Shown: positions 9,215 to 18,585, counted from the stretch's first letter. The stretch: 64,000 nucleotides of DNA from Clostridia bacterium (GCA_017621695.1 JAGASP010000070.1:126-64125), one strand, 5' to 3'. Notes: generated by a model not told the origin, from the sequence alone. Translations and numbers: made by a program.

Positions 9215-10774
9215 TTATTCCATAGGTAATTGCTCACCCACACCGTATTCGCCGTTGTATACGTTTCGCAGCCCCAAAAGCGCTTTCAGATCGTCCCGTG
9301 AGACATCTGACCACGCATTCTCTTCAGGGTCGTACAAAAGATAGCGGTCATCATAATGTATATTGTACCACGGATAACCTGACCTGTCATATTCTTCCAA
9401 GTAGGTCCACGTGGTCTTGATGACCCCGTAGATCTTTCCGTTCACCTTGGCATACCAGCCGAAAAGATTCAAGCAGCGCAGGTCTTTCCCCTCGGGGTCG
9501 GTATGCGGAGGCATAGGCGTTTCTGCCGTATAAGCTTCAGCCATATCAGCTATCTGCGCCGCCACGTCTCCTATACCCTTTAAATCCTCTTTTTCGTATC
9601 GCACCTCCGAGTAAGTCACTTCCTCGGTGTTGAGATTCACGGTGATCATTTCCTCCGTCTCACATCCGTTGATATAGCGTCTGAAATACACGGTGGAACC
9701 ATACATCCATTGTGCAAACACGCCGTTTTCGAAGGGGCGCACATAGGCCAAGACTTCTTTGGCCGCTTGGGTTTTCACATCCAGATCTCTGACACGGGGG
9801 CCATCCGAACTCCATGTTTCTCCTCTGCTTTCCTCCAATTCCCGCCAAGCCTGCAGATCCTCTTCAATGCGTCCCACGGTATAGCTTTCGGTACATCCGC
9901 GGTAAGCGACATAGTATTTACTCGGTTCCTCGATGTAACGATCCGCGAACTGATAGCCAAACCGCCACCCCGGATTTTGCCACAGACTCTCGTCAAATAT
10001 CCCCTCGGTAAAGGCGATCATGTTACCAAGCTCGGGTTGATCCTCCGGGTCACCGAATACCGTCAGGGGGAGTGCCTCCATGACCTGCTCATCGACATTG
10101 CGGAGAATGAAATTTTCTGTCCAGATCTGACTCATGGAGATAATCAAAGAATCGTATACCGTCAGATCACTGACGAGAGATTCCCGCATCAAATAGAAAA
10201 ACTCCTCTGGCATATCCTTTGCGCGGATCGACTCCAACGTCTTCATTCGGACAAGACGGTAGTTGGTGGGCTTGACATCGGAGGTAGCGCGCAATGCGCT
10301 CAATACCTGATACGTATCAGGCAAAACCTCTACCGCTTTGGCCCGGACCAGATAGCATAAGCAGTTGAATTCAAACTGGGGAGGCGCGGATGAAGTCCCC
10401 ATATCCGTTGACGCAGAATTGCCCACGATAAAGACCAAGGAGGGGCCCGTCAGCTTTTCGGGGGAGTCCGCACCATACAGGGGGGGCGAAGGAGGCTGCT
10501 GCGTTGTCCACTCGGTTTCATCGGAGAACGTTTGGGATGGCGGCGTGTTTTCCGTATCCTCCGCGGGAAGCGCGGGGACGTTTCCACCTCGCATACGCCA
10601 TGGTAATATCAGCAGAATACCCAAAAGCAGACAAGCACAAACCGCGATCACGGCACGCCGCAAGAAAATACTTTTGGAAGCGCGTGGTCTTGCGCCCGTG
10701 GCATCGGGCGCGGCATCGAGGATAAACTGCGGGTCAATGCCTTGCATAGCGATATAAAGATCTTTGCCTGTCAT
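9215..10774 (-). CDS. Single-pass membrane protein, putative partner of ECF sigma copy 3 (ectodomain of unknown fold)
   Basis: ATGA overlap with the sigma gene. N-terminus MTGKDLYIAMQGIDPQFILDAAPD resembles the N-termini of the LRR partners. TM helix AVIAVCACLLLGILLILPW. Confidence 0.65.
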   Translation of the reverse strand: MTGKDLYIAMQGIDPQFILDAAPDATGARPRASKSIFLRRAVIAVCACLLLGILLILPWRMRGGNVPALPAEDTENTPPSQTFSDETEWTTQQPPSPPLYGADSPEKLTGPSLVFIVGNSASTDMGTSSAPPQFEFNCLCYLVRAKAVEVLPDTYQVLSALRATSDVKPTNYRLVRMKTLESIRAKDMPEEFFYLMRESLVSDLTVYDSLIISMSQIWTENFILRNVDEQVMEALPLTVFGDPEDQPELGNMIAFTEGIFDESLWQNPGWRFGYQFADRYIEEPSKYYVAYRGCTESYTVGRIEEDLQAWRELEESRGETWSSDGPRVRDLDVKTQAAKEVLAYVRPFENGVFAQWMYGSTVYFRRYINGCETEEMITVNLNTEEVTYSEVRYEKEDLKGIGDVAAQIADMAEAYTAETPMPPHTDPEGKDLRCLNLFGWYAKVNGKIYGVIKTTWTYLEEYDRSGYPWYNIHYDDRYLLYDPEENAWSDVSRDDLKALLGLRNVYNGEYGVGEQLPME

Positions 10775-11328
10775 AGTGTAAATCCCTCCTTTTCCAAATG
10801 TTTTTTCAGTTTGCGCCGGGTACGGAGCAGAAGCATAGCGACCGTACTCTCCTTCATGTGAAAACTCTCAGAGATCTCAGCCACCGATGCCGTATACCAA
10901 TAGCGGCGGACAAAGATATTTCTGGTCTCGCTCGGCAGTGCCTTCAAAAAACGATTCAATGCATCCGCCAGAGCAACGCTCTCTCCCATATCGGACGCGC
11001 TGTCTCCGTCGGCAACACAATCCGAAAGTTCTTCCAGCACTGCGGGCAGCTCCCCTCCGCGCTTTTGGGCGTTTTGTCGCTCGTATTCGTTGAGTGCCAG
11101 TCGGCGGCATACTGTCCCAACGTAAGGCTTTAAGGGATCCGGACGGTGTGGCGGAATACTGTTCCACAGCCTGAGATATGTATCGCTTACCACCTCTTCG
11201 GCATCGGCATCGTTTTTCAGGATACGGTAGGCGATATATTGGCAGTAACGTCCGTATTTTTTCTGAGTTTCGGCAATAGCTTCCTCAGAGCGCGCCCAGA
11301 ACAACATTACGATTTGTCGATCCTCCAT
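10771..11328 (-). CDS. ECF-type RNA polymerase sigma factor (copy 3)
   Basis: 185 aa with DAEEVVSDTYLRLWNSIPPHRP and a C-terminal HTH VAEISESFHMKESTVAMLLLRTRRKL. Confidence 0.85.
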   Translation of the reverse strand: MEDRQIVMLFWARSEEAIAETQKKYGRYCQYIAYRILKNDADAEEVVSDTYLRLWNSIPPHRPDPLKPYVGTVCRRLALNEYERQNAQKRGGELPAVLEELSDCVADGDSASDMGESVALADALNRFLKALPSETRNIFVRRYWYTASVAEISESFHMKESTVAMLLLRTRRKLKKHLEKEGFTL

Positions 11329-11760
11329 ACAGACTTCCTATCATGTTTGATACTGCTTTTTGTGTCCTTCACCCTAACAGACAGAAAAAGCTTGTTCTTC
11401 ATCACGCTTCTTGTAAAAATTATAGCATATTTTTTTAGAAACATCGATTGCTTTTTGAAACAGCCGAAATGTCATTCGTCAAAATGCACAAAATGCGTTA
11501 CGAACAAAAAAACACATCTTTTTTGCCGCGATTTCCTCTTGAGAAGGAAGAAATTTCCATCGGCAACCCGAAATCGGATTTTAATGAATATATAATATGT
11601 AGCATTTTATCTCTTTTTCCCAGCTTCGACAAGGATTTTGTTATTTTTTTGTCAGTTTCATTTGATAAATTTTTATCAGTCGGCCGACATGATAAAAAAA
11701 GGGGAAACCCCTGCCAAAAAACTTTGTAAGGTTTGCAAACAAATTTTTTTCTTGAAACTA

Positions 11761-11789
11761 TTGAAAAATTTTCGTCATTTTGATATAAT
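11761..11789 (+). promoter_or_regulatory. Sigma-A-type promoter candidate for ackA (and possibly the whole BMC gene string)
   Basis: TTGAAA, 17-nt spacer, TATAAT with extended -10 TG. Lies 57 nt upstream of the ackA start. Confidence 0.6.
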
Positions 11790-11845
11790 ACAGGGTGAAT
11801 AGATTTGTCTTCTATGAAAAATTCAATCGAAGGAGAACATTTCAC

Positions 11846-13045
11846 ATGAAAATTCTGGTCGTCAACGCCGGAAGCTCTTCCCTGAAATATCAGCTGTTTG
11901 ATATGGATGAGCATACGGTACTGGCAAAGGGTCTCTGCGAGCAGATCGGTCCTGCGGGTAACATCACCCACAAGCGTCCCGGCAAAGCTACCTATGCAGA
12001 GAGCTACCCCATGCCCACCCACAACGAGGCCATCGAGCTGGTTCTGAAGCTGTTGACTGATGCCGAATGGGGTGTCATCAAGAGCGTAGACGAGATCGGT
12101 GCCGTCGGCCACCGCTTCGCACACGGCGGCAAGTTCCAGTCCTCCCAGGTCCTCACCGAGGCCGAGATGGAGTATCTGGAGTCCATCGTTCCCATCAACC
12201 CCCTGCACGGCCCGCCCGCCATCAAGGGTGTATATGCCTGCCGCGCCGTTCTGGCTGATAAGCCCCACATCGGCGTGTTCGACACGTCCTTCTATTCCAC
12301 CCTGGAGCCCAAGGCTTATATGTATGCCCTGCCCTACGAGTGGTACGAAAAGTACGGCATCCGCAAGTACGGCTTCCACGGCACCTCCCACCGCTACGTC
12401 GGCGCCAAGGCTGCCGAGTATCTTGGTAAGGACGCCAAGGATCTGAAGATCATCACCTGCCACATCGGCTCCGGCTCCTCTGTCACCGCCATCGACGGCG
12501 GCATCGCCGTGGACACCTCCATGGGCTTTACCCCCCAGGACGGTCTGCCCATGGGTACCCGTTGCGGCGCCATTGACCCCTCTCTCGTGACCTACATCAT
12601 GAAGCAGACCGGTATGACCCCCGACGAGATGGACAATGCCATGAATAAGAAGTCCGGTCTTCTGGGCGTTTCCGGCATTTCCAACGACGGCCGCGAGGTC
12701 TGGGCTGCTGCCGACGCAGGCAACGAGCGTGCTCAGCTTGCCATGGAGCTCATGGCTCGCGGTGCCATCAAGCTCATTGGTACATACACCGCCGAGATGA
12801 ACGGTCTCGACGTGCTGGTCTTCACCGCAGGCGTTGGCGAAAACGATCGCCGTACCCGCGAGCTGATCGCCGGCAATCTCTCCTTCTTCGGTGTTGACTT
12901 CGACGCTGAGAAGAATATGACCGCTCCCCACGGCGACATTCTGGAGATCTCCAAGCCCGACTCCAAGGTCAAGGTTCTGGTCATCCCCACCGACGAGGAG
13001 TTCATGATCGCTTGCGATACCGAGGCTCTGGCCAAGGCGCTCTGA
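11846..13045 (+). CDS. ackA: Acetate/propionate kinase
   Basis: ATG at 11846 preceded by AAGGAG. N-terminus MKILVVNAGSSSLKYQLFDM and the overall sequence are typical of AckA. Confidence 0.92.
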   Translation: MKILVVNAGSSSLKYQLFDMDEHTVLAKGLCEQIGPAGNITHKRPGKATYAESYPMPTHNEAIELVLKLLTDAEWGVIKSVDEIGAVGHRFAHGGKFQSSQVLTEAEMEYLESIVPINPLHGPPAIKGVYACRAVLADKPHIGVFDTSFYSTLEPKAYMYALPYEWYEKYGIRKYGFHGTSHRYVGAKAAEYLGKDAKDLKIITCHIGSGSSVTAIDGGIAVDTSMGFTPQDGLPMGTRCGAIDPSLVTYIMKQTGMTPDEMDNAMNKKSGLLGVSGISNDGREVWAAADAGNERAQLAMELMARGAIKLIGTYTAEMNGLDVLVFTAGVGENDRRTRELIAGNLSFFGVDFDAEKNMTAPHGDILEISKPDSKVKVLVIPTDEEFMIACDTEALAKAL

Positions 13046-13069
13046 TCCCACTTATTCTATAGATCCATC

Positions 13070-13093
13070 CCTCCTGCCCTTACGGGCGGGAGG
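13070..13093 (+). promoter_or_regulatory. Intercistronic stem-loop without adjacent U-tract (possible attenuator or processing/stability element)
   Basis: 10-bp stem cctcctgccc / gggcgggagg with ttac loop, located between ackA and the aldolase gene. Confidence 0.4.
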
Positions 13094-13137
13094 CGGATAT
13101 AAACCAAGTAAATTTTTTTGAAAGGAAAATAAAAACT

Positions 13138-13956
13138 ATGGCACAGTCTCCCTTTGAAATCAAAAAAGAAATCGTTGACATCGGTAAGAGAATCTACGAT
13201 CACGGTTTCGTTGCCGCAAACGACGGTAACATCTCTGTAAAGGTCGGCCCCAATGAGTACTACTGCACCCCCACCGGTGTATCCAAGGGCTTCATGACCC
13301 CCGACATGATCATCAAGATCGATGCCAACGGCAACAAGCTGGACGGTAAGCTGAACCCCTCCTCCGAGATCAAGATGCACATGAGAGTGTATCAGGAGCG
13401 TCCCGATGCAGGTGCCGTCGTTCACGCGCATCCTCCCGTGGCTACCGCCTTCACCGTTGCAGGTGTTGAGCTGGACCAGTACATCCTCCCCGAGGCTATT
13501 CTGACCATCGGTAACGTTCCTACCTGTGACTACGGTATGCCCTCCACCATGGAGATCCCCGAGTCCCTGATGCCCTACATCCAGAAGCACGACGCATTCC
13601 TGCTCAAGAACCACGGTGCTCTGACCGTCGGTAACACCCTGCTCCGCGCTTGCTTCACCATGGAAGAGGTTGAGTTCAACGCAAAGATCAACCTGTACGC
13701 TCGCCAGATCGGTGCAGGCGCCAACAGCCGCATCGACGAGATCTCCTGCCACGAGCTGGAGAGACTCATGGAGCTGCGTAAGAAGATGGGTCTGCCCGGT
13801 AAGCATCCCGGTTGTAAGTCCTGCCCCAACAAGGGTACCGACAAGTGCAAGTGCAAGGACAATGCAGGCAAGTGCGATTGCGGCAACCACGGCAACGCAG
13901 ACAACGATCTCGTCGCTGAGATCACCCGCAAGGTTCTGGCCGCTCTGGGTAAGTAA
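13138..13956 (+). CDS. Class II aldolase (fuculose/rhamnulose-1-phosphate aldolase-like) with Cys-rich linker and C-terminal encapsulation peptide
   Basis: 272 aa. Metal-binding His pattern VVHAHPP and the NDGNIS segment are typical of class II aldolase/adducin domains. An extra ~55-residue C-terminal tail is present. Confidence 0.85.
   Translation: MAQSPFEIKKEIVDIGKRIYDHGFVAANDGNISVKVGPNEYYCTPTGVSKGFMTPDMIIKIDANGNKLDGKLNPSSEIKMHMRVYQERPDAGAVVHAHPPVATAFTVAGVELDQYILPEAILTIGNVPTCDYGMPSTMEIPESLMPYIQKHDAFLLKNHGALTVGNTLLRACFTMEEVEFNAKINLYARQIGAGANSRIDEISCHELERLMELRKKMGLPGKHPGCKSCPNKGTDKCKCKDNAGKCDCGNHGNADNDLVAEITRKVLAALGK
13906..13953 (+). other. C-terminal amphipathic encapsulation-peptide-like helix of the aldolase
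   Basis: DLVAEITRKVLAALGK shows the hydrophobic periodicity of BMC encapsulation peptides. Confidence 0.55.
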
Positions 13957-13999
13957 TTTCCCCGTCGGAACCATTACTTAACAGAAAGGAAGAACCGAC

Positions 14000-15460
14000 A
14001 TGGCAATCAACTGGACTGAAGCGCAGGTTGCCGAGCTGGTCGCGAAGGTCGTCTCCGAGATCCGCTCCGGTTCCCCTGCTCCCGCTACTGAAAACTGGAG
14101 CTCCACCCAGTACAACGGTCGCAAGCTGACCGGCGTTTACGCCACCATGGAGGAGGCCATTGCCGCCGCTGAGGCAGGCTACAAGGCCATCCGTGCTACC
14201 AGCGTCGCTGACCGCGAGAAGTTCATCACTTCCATCCGTAACTACTGCCGCGCCGAAGCAGGCACCATGGCCGCTCTCGGTGTTGCTGAGACCAAGATGG
14301 GTCGCGTGGATCACAAGACCGCCAAGCATATGCTGGTGGCCGACAAGACCCCCGGCACCGAGGACATCGTGGCCGAGGCCAAGACCGGTGACTACGGTCT
14401 GACCCTCACCGAGCGTGCTCCCTTCGGTGTGGTGGGCGCTATCACCCCCTCCACCAACCCCTCCGAGACCGTCATCTGCAACAGCATGGGTATGATCGCC
14501 GCCGGCAACGGTGTGGTATTCAATCCTCACCCCGGCGCTATCGCCACCTCCAACTACGCCGTTGACCTCGTCAACCGCGCCGTACACGCCGCAGGTGGTC
14601 CCGAGGTATTGGTCGCTTCTGTGGCCAAGCCTACGCTGGAAACCGCAGATGTGATGTACAAGCACCCCGCCATTCGCCTGCTGGTCTGCACCGGCGGCCC
14701 CGGCGTGGTCAGAGCCGTTCTCGCCTCCGGCAAGAAGGCCATCGGTGCAGGTGCGGGTAACCCCCCTGTCATCGTGGACGACACCGCCGACATCGAGAAG
14801 GCCGCCAAGGACATCATCGACGGCTGCACCTTCGACAACAACCTCCCCTGCATCGCCGAAAAGGAAGTCTTCGTTTTCAACAACGTGGCTGACCGTCTCA
14901 TCGCCGGTATGCAGAAGAACGGCTGTATCCTCCTCACCCGTGAGCAGGCTGACAAGCTGGCCGAGGTGGTGCTGAACAAGAAGGTCAACGAGAAGACCGG
15001 TAAGGTCTCCTACGTGGTCAACCGCGAATGCGTGGGCCGTGACGCTCGCGTCATCCTCGCCAAGATCGGCATCAACGTGGGTCCCGAGATCCGCTGTGCC
15101 ATCGCCGAGGTTCCCTTCGAGCATCTCTTCGTGCAGGAGGAGCTGATGATGCCCATTCTGGGTATCGTCCGCGTCAAGGACATTGACGAGGCCATTACCC
15201 TGGCCTGCAAGGCCGAGCACGGCAACCGTCACACCGCTCACATGCACTCCAAGAACATCGACAACCTCTCCCGCTTCGCGAAGGAAGTGGAGACCACCAT
15301 CTTCGTCAAGAACGCGCCCTCCTATGCGGGCATCGGTTTTGGCGGCGAGGGTCACACCACCTTCACCATCGCAGGCCCCACGGGCGAGGGTATCACCTCG
15401 GCTAAGTCCTTCACCAGACTCCGCCGCTGCGTGATGGCCGATCATTTTAGAATTATTTGA
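14000..15460 (+). CDS. CoA-acylating aldehyde dehydrogenase (PduP/EutE-like) with N-terminal encapsulation peptide
   Basis: 486 aa with catalytic-Cys region FDNNLPCIAEKE. N-terminus MAINWTEAQVAELVAKVVSEIRSG forms an amphipathic helix followed by a linker. Confidence 0.9.
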   Translation: MAINWTEAQVAELVAKVVSEIRSGSPAPATENWSSTQYNGRKLTGVYATMEEAIAAAEAGYKAIRATSVADREKFITSIRNYCRAEAGTMAALGVAETKMGRVDHKTAKHMLVADKTPGTEDIVAEAKTGDYGLTLTERAPFGVVGAITPSTNPSETVICNSMGMIAAGNGVVFNPHPGAIATSNYAVDLVNRAVHAAGGPEVLVASVAKPTLETADVMYKHPAIRLLVCTGGPGVVRAVLASGKKAIGAGAGNPPVIVDDTADIEKAAKDIIDGCTFDNNLPCIAEKEVFVFNNVADRLIAGMQKNGCILLTREQADKLAEVVLNKKVNEKTGKVSYVVNRECVGRDARVILAKIGINVGPEIRCAIAEVPFEHLFVQEELMMPILGIVRVKDIDEAITLACKAEHGNRHTAHMHSKNIDNLSRFAKEVETTIFVKNAPSYAGIGFGGEGHTTFTIAGPTGEGITSAKSFTRLRRCVMADHFRII

Positions 15461-15610
15461 TTTGGGGCTTTGCCCCAAGCCCCACCAAAGAAACTTTTTG
15501 GAAAAAGTTTCTTTGGAATCTTCAAAAACTTCAAAAGAAATTATTTTAAAGTTCTTTGAATCCAAAACTTTCTTTCAAGAAAGTTTTGGCAGGGTTCGGG
15601 ACAGCGTCCC
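15461..15610. repeat. Family A palindromic repeat cluster (GGGGCTTTGCCCC hairpin plus two AT-centred long palindromes)
   Basis: ggggctttgcccc, ccaaagaaactttttggaaaaagtttctttgg and caaaactttctttcaagaaagttttg. Confidence 0.8.
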
Positions 15611-15638
15611 GATATACTACAGAAAGGAAACAAAAACA

Positions 15639-16868
15639 ATGGATATTTCCGCTAATCAGATTGAAGCCATTGTCCGCCAGGTCGTCGCTTCCATGGGCAC
15701 CGGTTCGGCTCCCAAGGCCGCAGGTCCTCTGCCCAAGGTTGCTAAGGTCGCTATGCTGGTAGGCCCCAAGAAGATCGAGATCCAGGAGGTTCCTCTGCCT
15801 GAGCTGGGCGAGGACGACATCCTCATCAAGGTCGAGGGCGCAGGCATCTGCGGCACCGACGTACACGAGTGGAAGATGGATCCCTTCGGTCTTATGCCCG
15901 TGGTTCTCGGTCACGAGGGCACCGGTGAGGTCGTCTACTGCGGTAAGAACATTACCAAGGACACCGCCGGCAAGCCCATCGGTGTGGGCGACAAGATCGT
16001 CACCTCGGTTATCTCCTGCGGCGACTGCTACAACTGCCGCATGACCCCCGGTCGCACCAACCTCTGCGCCAATCAGGGCGTTTTCGGCCTGATCGGTGAC
16101 AAGAGAGGCACCGACGAAGGCAACCGTGCCAATGGTTGGTTTGCCGACTATATGCTCATCCGCGGCGGTGAGGCTTCGGGCGCGACCTTCTTCCAGGTCA
16201 ACGAGCTGAACCTCAACCAGCGCATGATCCTCGAGCTGGCTTGCGTTTGCGTCCACGCACTCGAGAGAGGCCAGAAGACCGGACTGCTGAACTTCGGTTC
16301 TAAGGTTCTGGTACAGGGCTGCGGCCCCGTGGGTCTGGTGATGATCACCGTTCTCCGCGCTGCCGGTATCAACCACATCATCGCTGTGGACGGTAACGAG
16401 GACAGACTGAAGGTCGCCCAGAAGATGGGTGCCAAGACCACCGTCTGCTTCAAGCGTCCCGACGAGGACACCCTCGACAAGCGCGTGGCCAAGGTGCAGG
16501 CCGTGGCCAACGGTGTCGGCGTTGACTTCGCCTTCCAGTGCACCGGCGCTCCCGTCGCCGCCGCTGACATCTACGCCTACATCCGCCGCGGTGGCGGTAT
16601 GTGCGAGATGGGCTTCTTCGTCAACAACGGCGAGTACTCCGTCAACCCCCACTTTGCTATGTGCAACAAGGAAATCGACATCGTCGGTTCTTGGGACTAC
16701 TCCGCTGAGGACTACCCCAAGACGGTTGCTTTCCTCAAGCAGTGCCAGGAGATGAATATCCCGATTGAGGATCTCATCACCCACACCTACCCCCTCGATC
16801 AGATGAACGAGGCTATGGAGACCAACGTAGCACAGAAGGGCATCAAGATTGCCTACATCGCTAAGTAA
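15639..16868 (+). CDS. Zn-dependent medium-chain alcohol dehydrogenase with N-terminal encapsulation peptide
   Basis: ATG at 15639; the upstream part of ORF 15462 is repeat-derived. GHEGTGEV catalytic-Zn motif, CGDCYNC structural-Zn motif and GCGPVG Rossmann motif. N-terminus MDISANQIEAIVRQVVASM. Confidence 0.85.
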   Translation: MDISANQIEAIVRQVVASMGTGSAPKAAGPLPKVAKVAMLVGPKKIEIQEVPLPELGEDDILIKVEGAGICGTDVHEWKMDPFGLMPVVLGHEGTGEVVYCGKNITKDTAGKPIGVGDKIVTSVISCGDCYNCRMTPGRTNLCANQGVFGLIGDKRGTDEGNRANGWFADYMLIRGGEASGATFFQVNELNLNQRMILELACVCVHALERGQKTGLLNFGSKVLVQGCGPVGLVMITVLRAAGINHIIAVDGNEDRLKVAQKMGAKTTVCFKRPDEDTLDKRVAKVQAVANGVGVDFAFQCTGAPVAAADIYAYIRRGGGMCEMGFFVNNGEYSVNPHFAMCNKEIDIVGSWDYSAEDYPKTVAFLKQCQEMNIPIEDLITHTYPLDQMNEAMETNVAQKGIKIAYIAK

Positions 16869-16885
16869 GAAAAGGAGTTACCGAT

Positions 16886-17236
16886 ATGGCAGCTCTTGGA
16901 ATGCTTGAAGTTTATGGATTTGCCACCTCTATTGTCGTTGCCGATGCCTGCGCAAAGGCCGCTGACGTAAAGATCGTGGCCATCGACCGTAACAAGCCCG
17001 CCAACGCCGATCAGTGCGAGGTGCCGCTTGTGATGGTCGTCAAATTCGAGGGTGACCCCGCCGCCGTCGAGGCTGCTCACGACGCGGGCAAGGCTGAGGC
17101 TGAGAAGCGCGGTCTGTTCATCACCTCGAAGATCATTGCGGGACTGGATCCCAGTGTGGAGTGGTTCGCACATCTGACCGCTACCGGTCGCGACAAGCTC
17201 CGCAATTACACCACCGTTGACGGCCGAAAGGTCTGA
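16886..17236 (+). CDS. BMC-H shell protein variant with enlarged pore loop and C-terminal extension
   Basis: BMC-domain start [10 protein letters not shown]. The loop [16 protein letters not shown] replaces the usual SEKIGSGL. About 25 extra C-terminal residues. Confidence 0.8.
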   Translation: MAALGMLEVYGFATSIVVADACAKAADVKIVAIDRNKPANADQCEVPLVMVVKFEGDPAAVEAAHDAGKAEAEKRGLFITSKIIAGLDPSVEWFAHLTATGRDKLRNYTTVDGRKV

Positions 17237-17289
17237 TGACCGCCGTCGCGATACAACACACAAAAATAAATTTTAAGGAGAATAATACA

Positions 17290-17562
17290 ATGAACGAAGC
17301 TCTTGGTATGGTTGAAACTCGTGGTCTCGTAGCTGCAATCGAGGCAGCTGATGCAATGGTTAAGGCCGCTAACGTTACTCTGATCGGCTCTGAGAAGATC
17401 GGTTCCGGTCTCGTGTCCGTCATGGTCCGTGGCGACGTCGGTGCTGTAAAGGCCGCTGTTGAGGCCGGTGGCGCTGCCGCTTCCCGTCTCGGCGAGGTCA
17501 TCGCTACTCACGTCATCCCCAGACCCCACACCGACGTGGACAAGCTCCTGCCCTCCATCTAA
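17290..17562 (+). CDS. BMC-H shell protein (PduA/PduJ-like), copy a
   Basis: [29 protein letters not shown]...[29 protein letters not shown]. Confidence 0.93.
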   Translation: MNEALGMVETRGLVAAIEAADAMVKAANVTLIGSEKIGSGLVSVMVRGDVGAVKAAVEAGGAAASRLGEVIATHVIPRPHTDVDKLLPSI

Positions 17563-17652
17563 GGAACGAGGGGCTTTGCCCCTGACCCCCACCAGAAACC
17601 CTTTTTGAAAAAAGGGTTTCTGGACTTCCCAAAAACTTTAAAAAAGTTCTTG
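17563..17652. repeat. Family A palindromic repeat element
   Basis: ggggctttgcccc hairpin, then cagaaaccctttttgaaaaaagggtttctg palindrome, then ccaaaaactttaaaaaagttcttgg. Confidence 0.8.
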
Positions 17653-17702
17653 GATAATGGGAAACGTTCTTTGCCTACCAAACGAAAGCGAGGTACTGAA
17701 AC

Positions 17703-17987
17703 ATGGAAAAGGCAATCGCACTCTTGGAAGTCCAGGCAATGGTCACCGCCATTGTAGGTCTTGACGCGATGGTCAAGGCCGCCGACGTGAAGCTGATTCA
17801 CGTTGAAAAGCGCTTGGGCGGACGACTCGTCACACTTGTGGTCGAGGGAAGTGTTTCCGCTGTTCAGGCCGCCGCCGAAGCCGGCAAAGCTGCCGCTGCC
17901 GAGGTTGGTCCCGTCAAGCTCTGTGAGGTCATCGCTCGTCCTCACGAGGAAGTTATGAAGTTCCTTCGCACCGATCCCGTGCCCTGA
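17703..17987 (+). CDS. BMC-H shell protein with Arg-containing pore motif
   Basis: 94 aa, KAIALLEVQAMVTAIVGLDAMVKAADV. Pore loop is EKRLGGRL rather than EKIGSGL. Confidence 0.88.
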   Translation: MEKAIALLEVQAMVTAIVGLDAMVKAADVKLIHVEKRLGGRLVTLVVEGSVSAVQAAAEAGKAAAAEVGPVKLCEVIARPHEEVMKFLRTDPVP

Positions 17988-18076
17988 TGCAAGGATCGAC
18001 CGCGAATGCAACTTATATACGCAACCCCCACTAAAACAAATTTAAAAAAGTAAATTTTCTTTAGGAGGAAAATACA

Positions 18077-18349
18077 ATGAACGAAGCTCTTGGTATGGTT
18101 GAAACCAGAGGTCTTGTGGCTGCCATCGAGGCTGCCGATGCTATGGTCAAGGCTGCTAACGTAACCCTGATCGGCTCCGAGAAGATCGGTTCCGGTCTCG
18201 TCTCCGTCATGGTTCGCGGCGACGTTGGTGCTGTGAAGGCTGCTGTTGAGGCAGGCGGCGCTGCTGCTTCCCGTCTCGGCGAGGTCATCGCTACTCACGT
18301 CATCCCCAGACCCCACACCGACGTGGACAAGCTCCTGCCCAAGATCTGA
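18077..18349 (+). CDS. BMC-H shell protein (PduA/PduJ-like), copy b
   Basis: The 90-aa product is identical to copy a except residue 88 (K versus S). Confidence 0.93.
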   Translation: MNEALGMVETRGLVAAIEAADAMVKAANVTLIGSEKIGSGLVSVMVRGDVGAVKAAVEAGGAAASRLGEVIATHVIPRPHTDVDKLLPKI

Positions 18350-18356
18350 TTGATCT

Positions 18357-18427
18357 GAGAGGAGTACGCGAGGGAGGAACCTTCTTGCAAGAAGGTTCCC
18401 CCTCGACCCCCTTCAAGAACCTTTCAC
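18357..18427. repeat. Family A palindromic repeat element (variant)
   Basis: ggagtacgcgaggg head followed by the gggaggaaccttcttgcaagaaggttccccc palindrome. Confidence 0.75.
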
Positions 18428-18585
18428 AAAACAGGATTTATCCGTTATTGATTTTACCTCCGAAAGCATTGAAAAAGCACCGAATCCGTCGCAGGAGGTC
18501 CGCATTACGGAGCGATGCCTGTTACTGCCCCCTCGGATATTTAAATGTATGAATGAAAGAGCATTTCCGAATCGCGAAGTGATTT

